DNA of 61,614 nt, the filler included, from Chiloscyllium plagiosum (lineage: Eukaryota): NCBI RefSeq assembly GCF_004010195.1. It is 4 parts of one record of this genome, joined end to end, with 100 filler letters (N's around TTAATTAATTAA, not from the genome) between each part and the next. Parts side by side here need not be neighbours in the genome. Positions count along the whole stretch, not along the records: positions 10,873 to 36,897 come from NC_057717.1; positions 36,998 to 44,991 come from NC_057717.1; 2 more parts are not named here. One strand, 5' to 3'. This document shows, in pieces, positions 26,630 to 39,910 of the stretch (position 1 is the first letter of the stretch; each line of letters opens with the position of its first letter). The notes below the pieces were generated by a model. That model was not told the DNA's origin. It made no database searches and saw nothing but the letters and a program-made list of their open reading frames with translations. A program made the translations under genes and the position numbers.

Positions 26630-27490
26630 CACAGCACAATCCAAACTGATGTCTTATCCATGTATTGATCTAAATGTCCTTTAAACGTTGTAACTGTCCC
26701 TGCTTCCACCACTTCCTCCGGAAGTTCATTCCACACCCAAGCCAGCTTCTGTCTAAAATAATTACCTCTCATAACTTTTGTAAATCTTTTTCCTCGCACC
26801 TTAAAATATCCCTCAGTTTTGAATCCCCACCTCAATGGAAAAGACATCAGCCCTTCAGTGTATCTGTTCCTCTCATTATTTTATGAACCTCTGTAAAGTT
26901 ACCTCTTAATCTCATCCTCTCCAGTGAAAAAAGTCCCAGCCTATTCAGCCTCTCCTTATAGCTCACTCTCTTCATTCCCAACAACATCCAGGTTAATGTC
27001 TTCTCAATCCTCTCCAGCTTAATAATATCAACGTCAGTAATACCAAAGTAAATGTATATTCCAAGGGTAGGGGAGACCAAAGCTAGACGTTACAGGTTTA
27101 GGGTGAGAGGGGAAACATTTAAAAAATGACCTAAGGGGCAGCTTTTCCACCCAGGGGGTGGTGTGCCTATGGAATGAGCGGGCAGGATGACCAGACTGGA
27201 CACAGTATTCCAGAAGGGGCCTCACCAATATTCTGTACAACCACAATATAACATCCCCATTCCGATAATCAAAGGTCTGACCAATGAAGACAAGTGTGTT
27301 AAACACCTTCTTAACCACACTATCTATATGAGACGCAAATTTTAAAGAATTATACCTGACGGCCGAGGTCTCTGTTCTCCAACACTGCCGAAGGCCCGCT
27401 TTTAATTGTATAGGTCCTGCTCTTGTTTGATTTTCCAAATCCAATACCTCGCATTAATCCAAACTAAACTCCATCTGCCACCCCTCAGCC
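26630..27490 (-). mobile_element. Rearranged old CR1 3' fragments (mostly minus strand, short plus-strand piece at ~27060-27180)
   Basis: Translations LYRILVRPLLEYCVQ and WNELPEEVVEAG. Paralogous fragments lie at ~40470-41310 and ~56980-57810. Confidence 0.8.
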
Positions 27491-28067
27491 CAGTGTGTGA
27501 TATTACTGCCACCTCCCCCTCCCACTTCAATTTTAAAATGCCCATCCCTCTCCAGCAGGCCTGCACACTCCGGCCTTGATTTTCACAAAGACCCTGAGCT
27601 TGGTTTGCCTTGTGTGGTTAGGGAGAGGAGGGATAGATTGCAGCCACAGTCAATGGGGAGGAGAGGCTGGACAGTAATCAGCGTCCTGGTGTCATTTCAT
27701 GGTTTTAGGAAGAGGGCCATCGCACATTAGATGTGGGTAAGTATGATCAGTGTATTGAGACCAGAAATTATGCTCGTTCTCCGTTTTCGGTATTCAGTAA
27801 TAAATATCCATCGAGACCCTTCATTGAGCAGACTGTGTCTGTTGGATTTCTTTCCCTAATATTGCAGACTACAGATAATAGCAATTAAAGACGTTTATAG
27901 TTAATTTTGATGGCGTAGCACGTACCCTCAATATCCGACAGTTGAGACAAATTTTTTGCATTTGTTTAACAATACAAAGTGTTTTGTGTAGTTCAGTAAT
28001 GGAAACCTGATTATAATAAATCCAAACTGAGTTGAAAGCTGACACTTGAAATATGACCCAAACTCTG

Positions 28068-28375
28068 GGTATGGTAGTGTAGTAGGCAATGTCCCAGCCT
28101 CTGAGCCAGAGTTCTGGACTTGATTCCAATTCCTGAACGTGTGTGGTCGTGTTCCAAGCTCTGGACTAGAAGGCCTGGATTCAAGTCCTGCCTGTTGCAG
28201 ATTTATGTCAAGCATGTCAGGACAGGCTGATGAATAAACACACAGGAGAATACTGTGACAGCTTTATGGGTATTGCCGAGTGATGCTAGTGTCCCTACCT
28301 CCGGGCACAAAGGTCTCGGTGTAAATCCCATAGAAGTGTCTCATAATACATCTGAACAAACTGATTAAAATGGAT
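28068..28375 (+). mobile_element. Cluster of short, degenerate tRNA-derived SINE-like repeats
   Basis: A-box-like ggtagtgtagtagg and B-box-like ggattcaagtcc. Two to three related short units ending gaacaggctgat/gaacaaactgatt. Paralogs at ~43340-43590 and ~60115-60370. Confidence 0.5.
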
Positions 28376-29149
28376 TTAGAATTGGGACCTGATGGAGAAG
28401 GAAGAGGTGTCGGTATTGAATTTCAGAATTTAGGCCCGGAATGACTTAAGCACAACTATTCGTGTTGATTGGAGTCACATTTCGCCGCAGTAGCGGTTTA
28501 TAAAATCAGAATTATCATGGATAGGGTGAGTCGTCAGGGCTTTTCCTCAGGTTAAGGGCGTCCAAAACTAGAGGTCATTGGTTGAAAGTGAGAGGGGAAT
28601 GGTTTTGAAGAGGCCTAAGAGGCACCTTTTCACACAGAGGGTGGTGTGCGTATGGAATGAGCTGCCAGAGGAAGTGGTAGAGACTGGTACAACTATAACA
28701 TGTAAAAGGCATCTGGATACTGACAGACCTGCCGAGCTTTTCCAGCAATTTCTGGATTTGTTAAAAAATGCATTCATTTTAACACAGGTATTCTGAATAC
28801 ATTAACTTTTTTTTAATGACGCAGGGCCATGGAAACATATCTTCAAATCGACCGAGACCATTTTCTGCTAAGAGTATGGCTCTGTGCATGACAGCAGCAA
28901 TGATGCACCTACATGGAACAGGGAATGTGATGGAGACATAGTTTGGACAATGTACAAGGAGACCTCACATGGTCCAGTTTGGGAGAGGATGACATTACTG
29001 TGTGATTTAACTCAGAGAGGGACAAAATGTAATCTGCCTGAGAAGGAACGGCCTATTGCACTCTGTCTCCCTCATTGTTCCTCATCACAGCAATGTGTGC
29101 GAGGCAAAACAAAAAAGCTGTATAGTCATCATTACCATTCTTATTTTTA

Positions 29150-29462
29150 CGGACTTCCTATAGTGTGGAAACAGGCCTTCGCCTAACAAGTCCATACCAA
29201 CCTTCGCAGGCCCATTCCCCTATATTTACATCTGATTAATGCACCTAATCTGGAAATCCCCGAACACTGCAGACAATTTAGTGTGACCAATCCACGTAAC
29301 CTACACAGTTTGAGCTGTGTTAGGAAACTGGATCAGCCATTAGAAGCTCACACAGACAAGAAGAGAAGGTGCAATCTCCACACAGACAGTCGCCCAAGGC
29401 TGGAATCAAACCCAAGTCCCTGCTACTGTGAGGTAGCACTGCTAACCACTGAGCCACTGTGC
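29150..29462 (-). mobile_element. Older HE1/V-SINE copy
   Basis: The reverse complement has the same head (cacagtggctcagtggttagc) and V-domain as 24718-25025. Confidence 0.82.
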
Positions 29463-30199
29463 TAAATATTGGAGGATTCCTGACCAGAATTGATTGGAAT
29501 CTCCTCACTGCCTAATGCGAAGGGAATACAGCCAAGTCCACCTCTTCCAGGATAAAATCTCATTGCTAGCTGCTTGTGTGAGTAGAATGTTTTCAGAAGC
29601 AGAATAACATTTTGGACAATCTCTCAATTTTTACTTTTGTCATGAGTTACACTAATATTTGGACAAAGTCCTTTCAAGTTAAAATTGTAGAGATTTTGTT
29701 AATTGGTTTGTCTCCTTTCAAGTTAAAATTGTAGAGATTTTGTTAATTGGTTTGTCTGCGTGTGTGAGTCTCAGTGTTTTAAACAGGGAAATATTGATTA
29801 TATATTTGCAATACCCAAACACTTTGCCATTCATTTTTCCATCTTAGTTTGAGAAACATTGCTGTGAATCATGAACATGTTGCTTTAGTAGATAAAAGAA
29901 ACTAGCCTGAATTGTTCCAAAAACTGACCCTGACCCACGCTGAAACCGATATCAGAAATATTGATTATATATTTGCAATACCCAAACACTTTGCCATTCA
30001 TCTTTCCATCTTAGTTTGAGAAACATTGCTGTGAATCATGAACATGTTGCTTTAGTAGATTAAAGAAACTAGCCTGAATTGTTCCAAAAACTGACCCTGA
30101 CCCACGCTGAAACCGATATCATCGGCCATATCACCAACTTGATTACATTTAACATTCGTTGTGAGCACTGGAGGAGTGGGACTAGAAAATGAAACAATG

Positions 30200-31460
30200 A
30201 CCCAAAATCCGGCGAACTATAGACGGTGAGCCTGATGTCAGTGGTGGGTAACTTTTTGGAGGGGATTCTGAGGGACAGGATTTGCATACATTTGGGAAGG
30301 CCAGGGCTAATCGGGGTAGACAACGTGACTTTCTGCCTGGGAAATCATGTCTCATTAATTTGGGTGAGTTTTATGAAGAGGTGGCAAAGATGATTGATGA
30401 AGGCAGTTTGGTAGACATTGTCTATATGGACTTCAGCAAGGTGTTCATAACATTCCGATTGATAGGCAGATTAGTAAGGTTAGGTTACAGGAGATGCGGA
30501 GAAAGCCAGTCAATTGGATTCACAACTGGCTTGAAGGTAGACGGTTAGGAGGCTTGTGGCCTGTAGTGTGCTGCAAGAATTAGTACTGAGTTCACTGCAT
30601 TTCATCACTGATATCAAGGATTTCGGTGTGAACATCGGAGGCATAGTTCATCAGAAAGGTGGTGTAGTGGATTATCTCAGAGTAGAACTAGACCACAGTT
30701 AGATGGGACAAAGTGGCACGGAGTAGGAGATGAAGTTTAATTTAGATTAATGTGAGGTTTTGCATTTTGGAAAGACAATCAGGGCAGGAATTATACACTT
30801 AATGGTAAGGTCCTGGGGAGTGTTGTGGAACAAAAGGACATAGGGCTGCAGGTGCATTGTTCCTTGAAAGTGGAGTCGCAGGTAGACAGAGTGGGACAGA
30901 ACACATTTGGCACATTTTCCTTAATCAGTAAGAGCATTGAGTATAGGAGTTGTGGTAGCATGTTGCATCTGTACAGGATGTTGGTGAGGCCACTTTAGGA
31001 ATATTGCATACAATTCGGTTTATCTCCAGAAAACATGCACAAAGATGTATCAGGACTGTACAGTTTCAGCTTTTGGGAGAGGCTGATTAGTTTGAGGTGT
31101 GTCCCCCTGGAGTCAGAGGCTGTGGCATGACATTATAGAGGTTTATAAAATCATCAGTGGCATGGATATTCTGAATAGCCACTATTTCGTTCCCAGGATA
31201 GGGGAGTCCAGAACAAGAGGCCATAGTCTGAAGGCAGAAGGGGAATGATTTAGAAAGGACATTAAGGATAAATGTTTCACACAGAGAGTGGTGTGTGTAC
31301 GGAAAGTTCTGTCAGAGGAAGTGGTGAAGGCGGTTACATTTCAAATGTGTCTGATACAGGAGGGATATTGACCAAATATTAGTAAATTGGACTTGATCAG
31401 ATTTGGTTATCTGTTCCGAATGGACAGATTGGCCTAACGGGTCAGTTTCCATTCTGCATG
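30200..31460 (+). mobile_element. Degenerate CR1 LINE RT/3' portion
   Basis: GKSCLINL..FYEEV...DEGSLVDIVYMDFSKVF followed by typical CR1 3' sequence. Confidence 0.85.
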
Positions 31461-32399
31461 ACTCTCCGATTCCATAAGAGGGATGAGGAGAAATTCTGAA
31501 TCGACCTTTGGAGAGCAATTTTCTTCACCGGAAGTTTAGTATGCCTATATGTTCACATTGATGCAAAGCTGAGGTAGATAAATATATGACAGAAAAGTGA
31601 GTCACGGATAATGGGATACAGACAGGAAAGTGGGGCTGAGAACACAACCTAATCAACTACAATCTTAGTGCCTGTTGGGGAAGGCTGAGTATCTAATGAC
31701 CCACTCCTGCTCCTCAGTCCCAAGTTTCTGTGTTCCATTCAGCCCCTCAAACCTGCTAGATAGGAGCAGTTAGAGATTACTTCCCCCTATAAACTGGTGC
31801 ACAGAAAGGGAGGAAACCATTCCATCCCTCAAGACTGTGCCACATAGTTTGGGGTGGTTTGGAAAATGTGACTTGAAAACTCAGGCTGTGTATGAAAGAG
31901 GCTCCCCATCTCTTTTTACAGAACTTCCCCTCTGCAATTTGTGCTTCATTTGTTTGTCATGTTATAGACCCAGGTTCACTGTGAACGCAACCCACATACC
32001 TCACCCATGGATTGCTCACCGAATCCTCTGGTCTCCCTGACTGCAATATTCAATAACAGAACTTCCAGGAAAATAATACCCACTAACTTTCCAATCACAG
32101 AATGGGAGAACATCATAAACAGGACTAGATTATTCACCACTCCCCGAAGCCTGACTTTCCCTTCACTAAGACCATGGCTGACCTGCTTTTAGTCTCAGAT
32201 CCTCTTTAATGCCTGATTCTTCATATCACTCACCTCTACAACAGATCTATACCCATCCACCTCATCTTCAAGTAATTCGTCTTCTCGCTCCCCAAACACT
32301 CTGGAAAAGAGAATTCCTGACATTCAATACAATCTGCTTGAAGAAAACACTTGCTGCTACTATATCATGCTCTGTTGATATGATCGAAAGATGTGAACA

Positions 32400-32850
32400 C
32401 AAGGGTTCTGGTAAGAGTGACTAGCCCTGATATCAAGGCACTGGTTGACTAAGGTTGACATCAATGTAGTTAACAAAACTGGACTTAGTGGGAATCAAAG
32501 TAAACTCCCCACTGGTTGGAGTCAATCATAGCACAAAGGAAGATGTTTGTTGATCTTGGATGTCAATCATCTCAGTCCTGGATCATCTCCGTGGTAGATC
32601 CTCAGGGTAGCTTCCTCTGCACAAACATCTTCAGCTGCTTCATCAATGTCTCCCCGCCCCACCCCCCATCCTCCCCACCATAAGATCAGGAGTAGGGATG
32701 GTCATTGAAGATTCCACAATGTTTAGAATAATTTGTTTCCCGCTCCTCATCTCCTGAACCAAACTGTGTATCAAGACCCAGACACCATTCAGGCTTGTGC
32801 TGTTAAAGTGTCAGAAACATTCATGTAGCAGATCTGCTAGACTGTGCACA
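32400..32850 (+). mobile_element. Old non-LTR retrotransposon RT fragment
   Basis: Degenerate RT-like segment (…ctcagggtagcttcctc…ttcagctgcttcatcaatg…). Clade not resolved. Confidence 0.5.
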
Positions 32851-32859
32851 TTGTCACAG

Positions 32860-33723
32860 AAAAATTCATGAGTCAAATCTAATCTGCACTTTTTCCTTTA
32901 ATTCTGCGAATAACACATATGCTATCACATCTTTGGGGCCCACGCCACGTATATTTTGTAAGTTAAAAGTCAGTAACACAAGACTCCAATGTAATATTCT
33001 CATATTTTAGTCTTTAAATCTTCCAAAAAATGCAAGAGGATTGTGGTACATTCATCTCTGACAGCCTGTTTGTCACATAAACAACAAAAGTTTGTCAGGC
33101 CAGTACCAATAATCCTTTTTAAATAGTGGAGCATTTTCTTTCCGGTGGGTGTTCAGTTTTCTTTTACAGGTCATTCCATTCCATTCTCATGTTCCTGCAT
33201 CAATACATCTCCAACCCATATATCGCTAGCAACAATCTCAACTTTAAAGGCTTTCAAAATATTTGGTGTAGCTAAAACTGGTGCGGTGGTTAATGTTGCT
33301 TTTGCATTCTCAAATGCCTGCTGGAATTGTTCTATACACCAACATTTCGTGTTCTTCTTCAGTAGATCCATCAGCGGTTCCACGATGCTGCTGAAGTTTG
33401 GAACAAACTTCCAATGGAATCCTTTCAGTCCCAAAAATTGAAGCTCCACTTTCTTCGAGGATGGTTTGGGAAATTCCTAAATGTCCTTTGTCTTTGTATT
33501 CCACCGGCTCAACCTTCCATGTCCAATGTAATGTCCCAAGAACGTCAACTCTGCTTTCGCAAATTCTGTTTTCTTTACGTTTATTGCCTGTTTTCCTCCT
33601 TGTAATCGTTCCACGAGCTCTGCCAACTCTAACATGTGATCTTTTCATGACTTGCTAAAGATCATTGCATCTAACAGCTAAACTGCACAATTTGTTAATC
33701 TGGACACGACCGTGTTCATGAGT
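32860..33723 (-). mobile_element. Ty3/Gypsy LTR-retrotransposon pol fragment (RT thumb/RNase H)
   Basis: FLGLKGFHWKFVPNFSSIVEPLMDLLKKNTK...QQAFENAKATLTTAPVLATP...ASDIWVGDVLMQ matches the Gypsy RT-RNase H linker pattern. Confidence 0.88.
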
Positions 33724-34499
33724 NNNNNNNNNNNNNNNNNNNNNNNNNNNNNNNNNNNNNNNNNNNNNNNNNNNNNNNNNNNNNNNNNNNNNNNNNNNNN
33801 NNNNNNNNNNNNNNNNNNNNNNNNNNNNNNNNNNNNNNNNNNNNNNNNNNNNNNNNNNNNNNNNNNNNNNNNNNNNNNNNNNNNNNNNNNNNNNNNNNNN
33901 NNNNNNNNNNNNNNNNNNNNNNNNNNNNNNNNNNNNNNNNNNNNNNNNNNNNNNNNNNNNNNNNNNNNNNNNNNNNNNNNNNNNNNNNNNNNNNNNNNNN
34001 NNNNNNNNNNNNNNNNNNNNNNNNNNNNNNNNNNNNNNNNNNNNNNNNNNNNNNNNNNNNNNNNNNNNNNNNNNNNNNNNNNNNNNNNNNNNNNNNNNNN
34101 NNNNNNNNNNNNNNNNNNNNNNNNNNNNNNNNNNNNNNNNNNNNNNNNNNNNNNNNNNNNNNNNNNNNNNNNNNNNNNNNNNNNNNNNNNNNNNNNNNNN
34201 NNNNNNNNNNNNNNNNNNNNNNNAAAACTTTCTTTTAACAGTTACATTCGCAGTTGAACTTTACCAATTAGTGTCATCACAGATAATATGTTGACAGTGT
34301 TAGTCCCTGTGTGCTTCGTCCGTGCCATAATGTTTAGACTTCTTATGTAAATAGAAAAACTTTCTTTGAACAGTTACATTCGCAGTTGAACTTTACCAAT
34401 TAGTGTCATCACAGATAATATGTTGACAGTGTTAGTCCCTGTGTGCTTCGTCCGTGCCATAATGTTTAGACTGACGCTAATCTAAAAAAAAATATGCTG

Positions 34500-35160
34500 C
34501 AGGCAAGGATGCTTTAAGGCATGGTACATTGGTAAAGACGAGAAGAGGATACAGCAATGGAATGGGCACTGCACATCAATCACAGACAGGTATGCCCCTT
34601 CCCAGTTGGAGAGCACTTCAGTGGTCCAGGACATTCTACCTCGGACCTTCGGGTGACAATCTTCCAGGGCAGGCTTCGGAACAGGCAGCAGCTAAAGTTG
34701 CCCGCACAGAGACTGATAGCTAAATTCGGTACCCATGGGAATGGCCTCAGCCTGGTCCTTAGGTTCACATTATAGTACAGGTGATCCCATTGCCCTATCT
34801 ACAAACAGAGTCCCTCCTACACACGCGCGCACACACACACACATATACGTTTGTGTGGTGAATTTGTATTTGCTGAGTTACATTCTACTTTGCTCAAAAA
34901 CTGCATGAATCCATGTAAGTCTCTGCTAACTCATTTTTATAAATTAGAATCAGTTTAAACCTTATGGAACAGACAGCAGCACACGGGGGCAGACATCAAT
35001 TGTTGAATTTCACCTGAGAATGAAACTTTAAAATAACAAGTTTTGCACTTTACATATGAAAGAAGCGAAGCTAACATGGTCATTGTAACAGATCGGAGAC
35101 TTAGCAAACAATCAAGGTATTTTTCAATGTATAATTTCAGTTACATCACACTGTAAACGA
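34500..35160 (+). mobile_element. Penelope-like element 3' fragment (GIY-YIG endonuclease C-terminus and tail)
   Basis: PVGEHFSGPGHSTSDLRVTIFQG...QRLIAKFGTHGNGL resembles the PLE GIY-YIG C-terminal motif. A CA microsatellite follows. The 3' boundary is approximate. Confidence 0.7.
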
Positions 35161-35984
35161 TTTCAGCGTATCTTCGCATTTGATTTCATCTCCGATATAA
35201 AATTCTCACTGACTCTGACAGAACTGCTACCTTTGCTGTTTTGTAATGTCAGGAACTCATGTTTAATTTAAGATTTTCATAAGGAACAACATTTTTTTTT
35301 CCTGACTGGAAATCAACATTGGGAAATAGCAATGAGACAGCTGAATTTCAGCACTTTCGCACCAAGGAAGCCATATGCAATGCTTGGAACTTTTCTTGAT
35401 GACTTTGTTTTTGCCTATTTTGTTCAGTTGAAAAATGGCAGTTTTTGAGTTTTTTAGAGCATGGTGAGAGGCCCTTCAGCCTTTTGTATCAGTATCAGTC
35501 ATCAAACATCTGGGTTGTAAACACAGTTTCCAGCACGTGACTCATCGCCTGGTATGTTCTAACATTTCAAGTCTTTCTATAAATTATTATTCAATTTCTT
35601 AAGGTCTTAAGTGGAACAAAACCAACTCTGTGAACTAACAGTTCAGAAATGCAAACTCTTTCTCAGAGCCGTTTGTCAGTTTTCCTCATGATGCTGCTGA
35701 AAATGTTTCTGCACTCACATCTGAATTGGTTTACCCTGTTTCTTCCCCAGCTTCCTTCTTCTTTCTATTAAATGGTTTATATTCCAATACAGACACAAGG
35801 TGCAGGTTGCGGAAGTCACATGTTTGCACTTTCACTGACACTCTGTCTCGCCGGGAGCTGCAGACCTTCCCTACGCTGATTCTGATAGCACTGTCCTTCC
35901 TGCGACATGTCCCATGGAGAATGGAAGGACAGGCATTAATAACCCGCACTTGGAAATGGAGCGACAGTTTTAAAACATTTACAG

Positions 35985-36056
35985 TGCCGCAGCGAGGAAT
36001 TGAGCTCCTATCTCCCACCTAACATACGGCGACACTAACCACTATACTACCGAGGA
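35985..36056 (-). pseudogene. tRNA-Asp(GTC)-derived pseudogene
   Basis: Minus strand TCCTCGGTAGTATAGTGGTTAGTGTCGCCGTATGTTAGGTGGGAGATAGGAGCTCAATTCCTCGCTGCGGCA aligns without gaps (72 nt) to vertebrate tRNA-Asp. The anticodon is now GTT and stems are mismatched. TTTT lies ~9 nt downstream. Confidence 0.8.
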
Positions 36057-36559
36057 CACCAGTTTCAAAGGAGGCACTTCAGCCCATTGTGGTTGCATTT
36101 GTCAAAGGCAACTGCTTAACGACCCGAATCGTTTAGCCCATAGCCTTACAAGTATTGGCAGAACATATTCACATCTGAATATTCCTTCAGGTTATAAGGT
36201 GTGCTGCCTCTCTGACCCTTACAGACAGTGTGTTCCAAATTCGATCACCCGCCAGCCTATACCGCGTTTCTACACATCTACTTAAACCTTTCTGTCTCTC
36301 TCCTTAAATTTCTGGCCCCCTGTGATCGTTCTTTCCATCGATGGGAAACGCTTCTTCAGTCTACCTTATCTATCCCCCTCACAAACTCCTCTGCAAGGTG
36401 ACAAACAAACCCAGTTTGTCCTGTCTCCCTTCATGAGTGAAACTCTTCTGCCGAGACACTATCCGAGTGAATTTCTCCTGCAACTTTCCCAGTGCGAACT
36501 CATCCATGGACAATTCTAGCAATGAGTTGAATGAACATATTTCCATTCTGTAACAGCAT

Positions 36560-36820
36560 CGGGGATAGCTCTGCAGCAGTTATTGCCTTCCGGTTTGGAG
36601 TCATGTGGACGCCAGACCAGATAAGGACGGTAGTTTCCTTCCCTCAAGGACGTCAGTGAAACAGATGGGTTTTTCAGACAACGTATTCTTAATTCTAGGC
36701 ATTTATTGCAATCACATACTAACATCGTCGTGGTGTGGTGGGAATCCAACCCGTCTCCACAGAACATTACCTGGCTTTGCTGTGTTAACAATCCAGCGAT
36801 AGTATCACTAGGCTATCGCA
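36560..36820 (-). mobile_element. Ancient tRNA-headed SINE (SacSINE1/DeuSINE-like)
   Basis: Minus-strand head gcgatagcctagtg...gggttggattcccacca. Body ...ggacggtagtttccttccctcaaggac...agatgggttttt recalled as a common shark SINE. Confidence 0.55.
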
Positions 36821-38189
36821 GAAAGGCCTCATGGTGGATCTTTTCCAATAGAGTCTCTTTTCCCCAGTTATTCCCTATGCCATTTTATTGAGCCTCANNN
36901 NNNNNNNNNNNNNNNNNNNNNNNNNNNNNNNNNNNNNNNNNTTAATTAATTAANNNNNNNNNNNNNNNNNNNNNNNNNNNNNNNNNNNNNNNNNNNNGAA
37001 CTGGTAATGTTAAAGTTCGACGAACAAAACCTGGAATGGAAGCCTGACCTCAGGAACAGAGAACATGACTTTAATTTCCTGCAATCCCATTCATGCACGT
37101 CCCTTGCGCAGAGGATGCTGCCATCTTTACCCAATCCTGCTTACTTGTGACTCCTGGGCCAGAACAACATAGCTGACCCTTAATCCGAGAATGCCGACCG
37201 TGTCAAGAAGCAGGCCATTCGGCCCTTCCAGTCGACACCATCCCTCTGAAGCACATCCTAGCAGACCCACACTCCATACCTATGCCGTTCCCCTTCATTT
37301 CCCATGGCTGATCCCAGTAACCTGCACACCTTCAGACCGTGGGAGGAAACTCACACAAGCAGCCTCTCAGCATGTGGGACTGCGTACACCACTCCAGTGC
37401 ATTGATCTGTACACCAGGAGGAGCTACCCTCCAAACATGTAGAGCTGTGTACACCACGCCAGTGCATTGCTCAGTAACACTGTGTTAGATCCCTGCCCAG
37501 CGTGGGGAAACTTGCAGCCCATGCTGGAAGTGACAGGATGTGCAGTTCCCACCCATTTACAGCTCCATATCTCCATTGTGCCATGACAAGGGGGTGCTGT
37601 GGGTGTGAACATCACTGCCAGAGAGAGATGGCGGAGTAATCAGCTTAAATAGCATCACATGGTAGGCGTTTGGGAAATAGACAGAGAGGGGGAGACTGAG
37701 AGACAGTGTCATGGAAGGATGTGTTCCCAGGTTTCAGAATGCTGAAATGTCGACACTTCGATAGCATCCTGTAACATGAGCCAGTCTTCCCAGGAAGATT
37801 GGTGTGAGGTCAGATGAGCATTTGTTCTGCAGCTTTGTAAATGAAATTGGTTTCGACAGAATCTATGACTCATTGGGCAGATTCTGACAATATTTCTTCT
37901 CAGTGCATTTTCATTGAGTGCGACAGAGGGATTATCTGCACGAGGCTGAGCTAGTTTCGTGGTGCTATCTCGTCGAACTCACCTCATTAACTACCCCCCC
38001 AGCCCATGGTGTCGCTCTTATTCAATACCAGCCCGATTCTCCCACACATCATGGCTGGAGGTACTCACCATCGCCCGGGTGTCCCTGAATATTCCGTTAT
38101 CCCTGGCACTAGTGTCATCTTTAAAAGGCCAATGGGCACACGATTTAGATTTGTCAGTTTGGAGCTGCCCTGCACAGTTTACCCCGAGC

Positions 38190-38900
38190 ATGGCAGCTAA
38201 GGAGCAATTACACCACGGTTTGTCGACAGGGGCACGGAGGTCTGGGTGGATGGGCTAGTACAGTGGGGGACCATTCTCTTCCCAGAGGGGCCCACATTGC
38301 CAGACACACCGAGCATGGTCTGAGCTCCTCACCCAGCTCAGTGAAGTATCTGCCATCGGAAGAAATGCCCAGCAATACAGGACAAGCATCAATAACCTTC
38401 ACCGTTCTGTCAGGATAAATATCACCGTATTCTCTCTGCTCCCTCACCTTCACTGTAAATCTGTTGTAGCACCGACCCCCGAACAAGGCTCATGTTCCAA
38501 CACTCTCACTGCTGCATGCAGCTCCTTCCTCCATCCCTCCCCCCCTCTCTCTCTCTCGTTTCCCTCCACTTTATCCGCTACATATATAACACTGCATGGA
38601 TACAACACTGTGGACTGACTCACTCCGGACACCGCACCATGTGCCCCCTCCCCACCTACACTAACACTAACAGCAGGGAACTCCCTCCCACTCTCCCTTT
38701 CTGTCCTATTCCAGGAGAAACAGCCTGAAATAGGACAGAAAGCGACAAGCTGGTTGCTGAAGTGCCCGATATCCGTTCCCTCCCCCCTCCCCCCGCCTTT
38801 TGGGGAGGACCCTGGTACGAGCCAGAGAGGACTGTGATACCTCGTGTGGAGATTCTGAAATATTCACGTCCCACCGACTGAGTAAGGAGCAATGTTCAGA
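38190..38900 (+). pseudogene. Harbinger-type Myb/SANT-like pseudogene, copy B
   Basis: MAAKEQ..PRFVDRGTEVWVDGLVQWGTILFP..QQYRTSINNLHRSVR, a mutated donor at 38415 and an acceptor at 38714. Confidence 0.68.
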
Positions 38901-39654
38901 GAAGGGAAATTCTCACTTGAAACCAATTGCCAGTTCCGTTCCCCCGACACAACTTAGAACCCGTGACCCCGATGCCATCTCCCTTTTGTATCGAGCTGGT
39001 ACAAATGGAATCCCCATGGTCTCAGTGAGCAAGCGGGTGGGCTCACAACACATCATCTCCACCACCTCCCAGGAAGGGAGCACCGAGACTCCCTCCTCCA
39101 CCTCCTCCTGTAAACAGCTCAGATACTGAAACTAATCTGTGATAGTAACTGCTCTCCCCACTTGTCCTGACATCTTCATCAATCTGTGCTCACATACACC
39201 AAGCGCTCTCTGTTCCTGCAGTCCCTTTATAATGGTTTAAACTGTTTTTTTTCTGTTTTAAACTGTTTTTCATTGTCTTTCCTACTAAAGTGCATCACCT
39301 AACACTGCTTGCACTGATCCCCATCTGCTATAAACCTGAACACTAACCAACGAGTGATTGTACTGTTAGAGTTTCACACTGTCCTCCATAGACTTCAGAG
39401 TTCTTCCAGGTTCGGTGCCATCCACAAACATTGAGATTGTCATAGTGTCACAGTCCCCATGAAACAACTGAAATCCTGCCACACACACACGAGTGTGAGC
39501 AAGTGAAATACTGATATATACCCACGGACAGAGTTGAATAATGACAAGCTGTCAATGGAGCAACGAAAGTCCTGACACATACGAGACAGGGTAAATAAAA
39601 TATTGACAAACCACAGAGCAAGAGAAATCTGGATAGGCTCCACTTACCTATATT

Positions 39655-39910
39655 GGATTAGATTAGATTAGATTACTTACAGTGTGGAAACAGGCCCTTC
39701 GGCCCAACGAGTCCACACCGACCCGCCGAAGCGCAACCCACCCAGACCCATTCCCTTATATTTACCCCTGCACCTAACACTACGGGCAATTTAGCATGCC
39801 CAATTCACCTGACCTGCACATTTTTGGACTGTGGGAGGAAACCGGAGCACCCGGAGGAAACCCACGCAGACACGAGGAGAATGTGCAAACTCCACACAGT
39901 CAGTCGCCTG
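39655..39910 (-). mobile_element. 5'-truncated young HE1/V-SINE
   Basis: (taatc)n tail, V-domain and TSD atatt. Absent at the same site in copy C (~56116). Confidence 0.88.

Larger units (their letters stand above)
22190..29770 (+). repeat. Segmental duplication block, copy A
   Basis: Collinear similarity to 37360-44990 and 53511-61614: VNTR, Myb remnant, CR1 pieces and SINEs appear in the same order. Confidence 0.92.

Noticed and set aside
27590..27742. Possible exon ending in a strong donor (tgtgg/gtaagt)
   Set aside because: The donor is not conserved in copies B and C, and there is no recognisable protein similarity.
29660..30120. Near-identical local tandem duplications (~47 bp and ~167 bp); similar ones at 34224-34470 and across the gap at 56500-56930
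   Set aside because: Near-perfect identity, and for the last two adjacency to gaps, suggest assembly overlap or trivial slippage.
31960..32400. Possible Gypsy LTR starting tgttatag
   Set aside because: No matching CA end, second LTR or TSD could be established.
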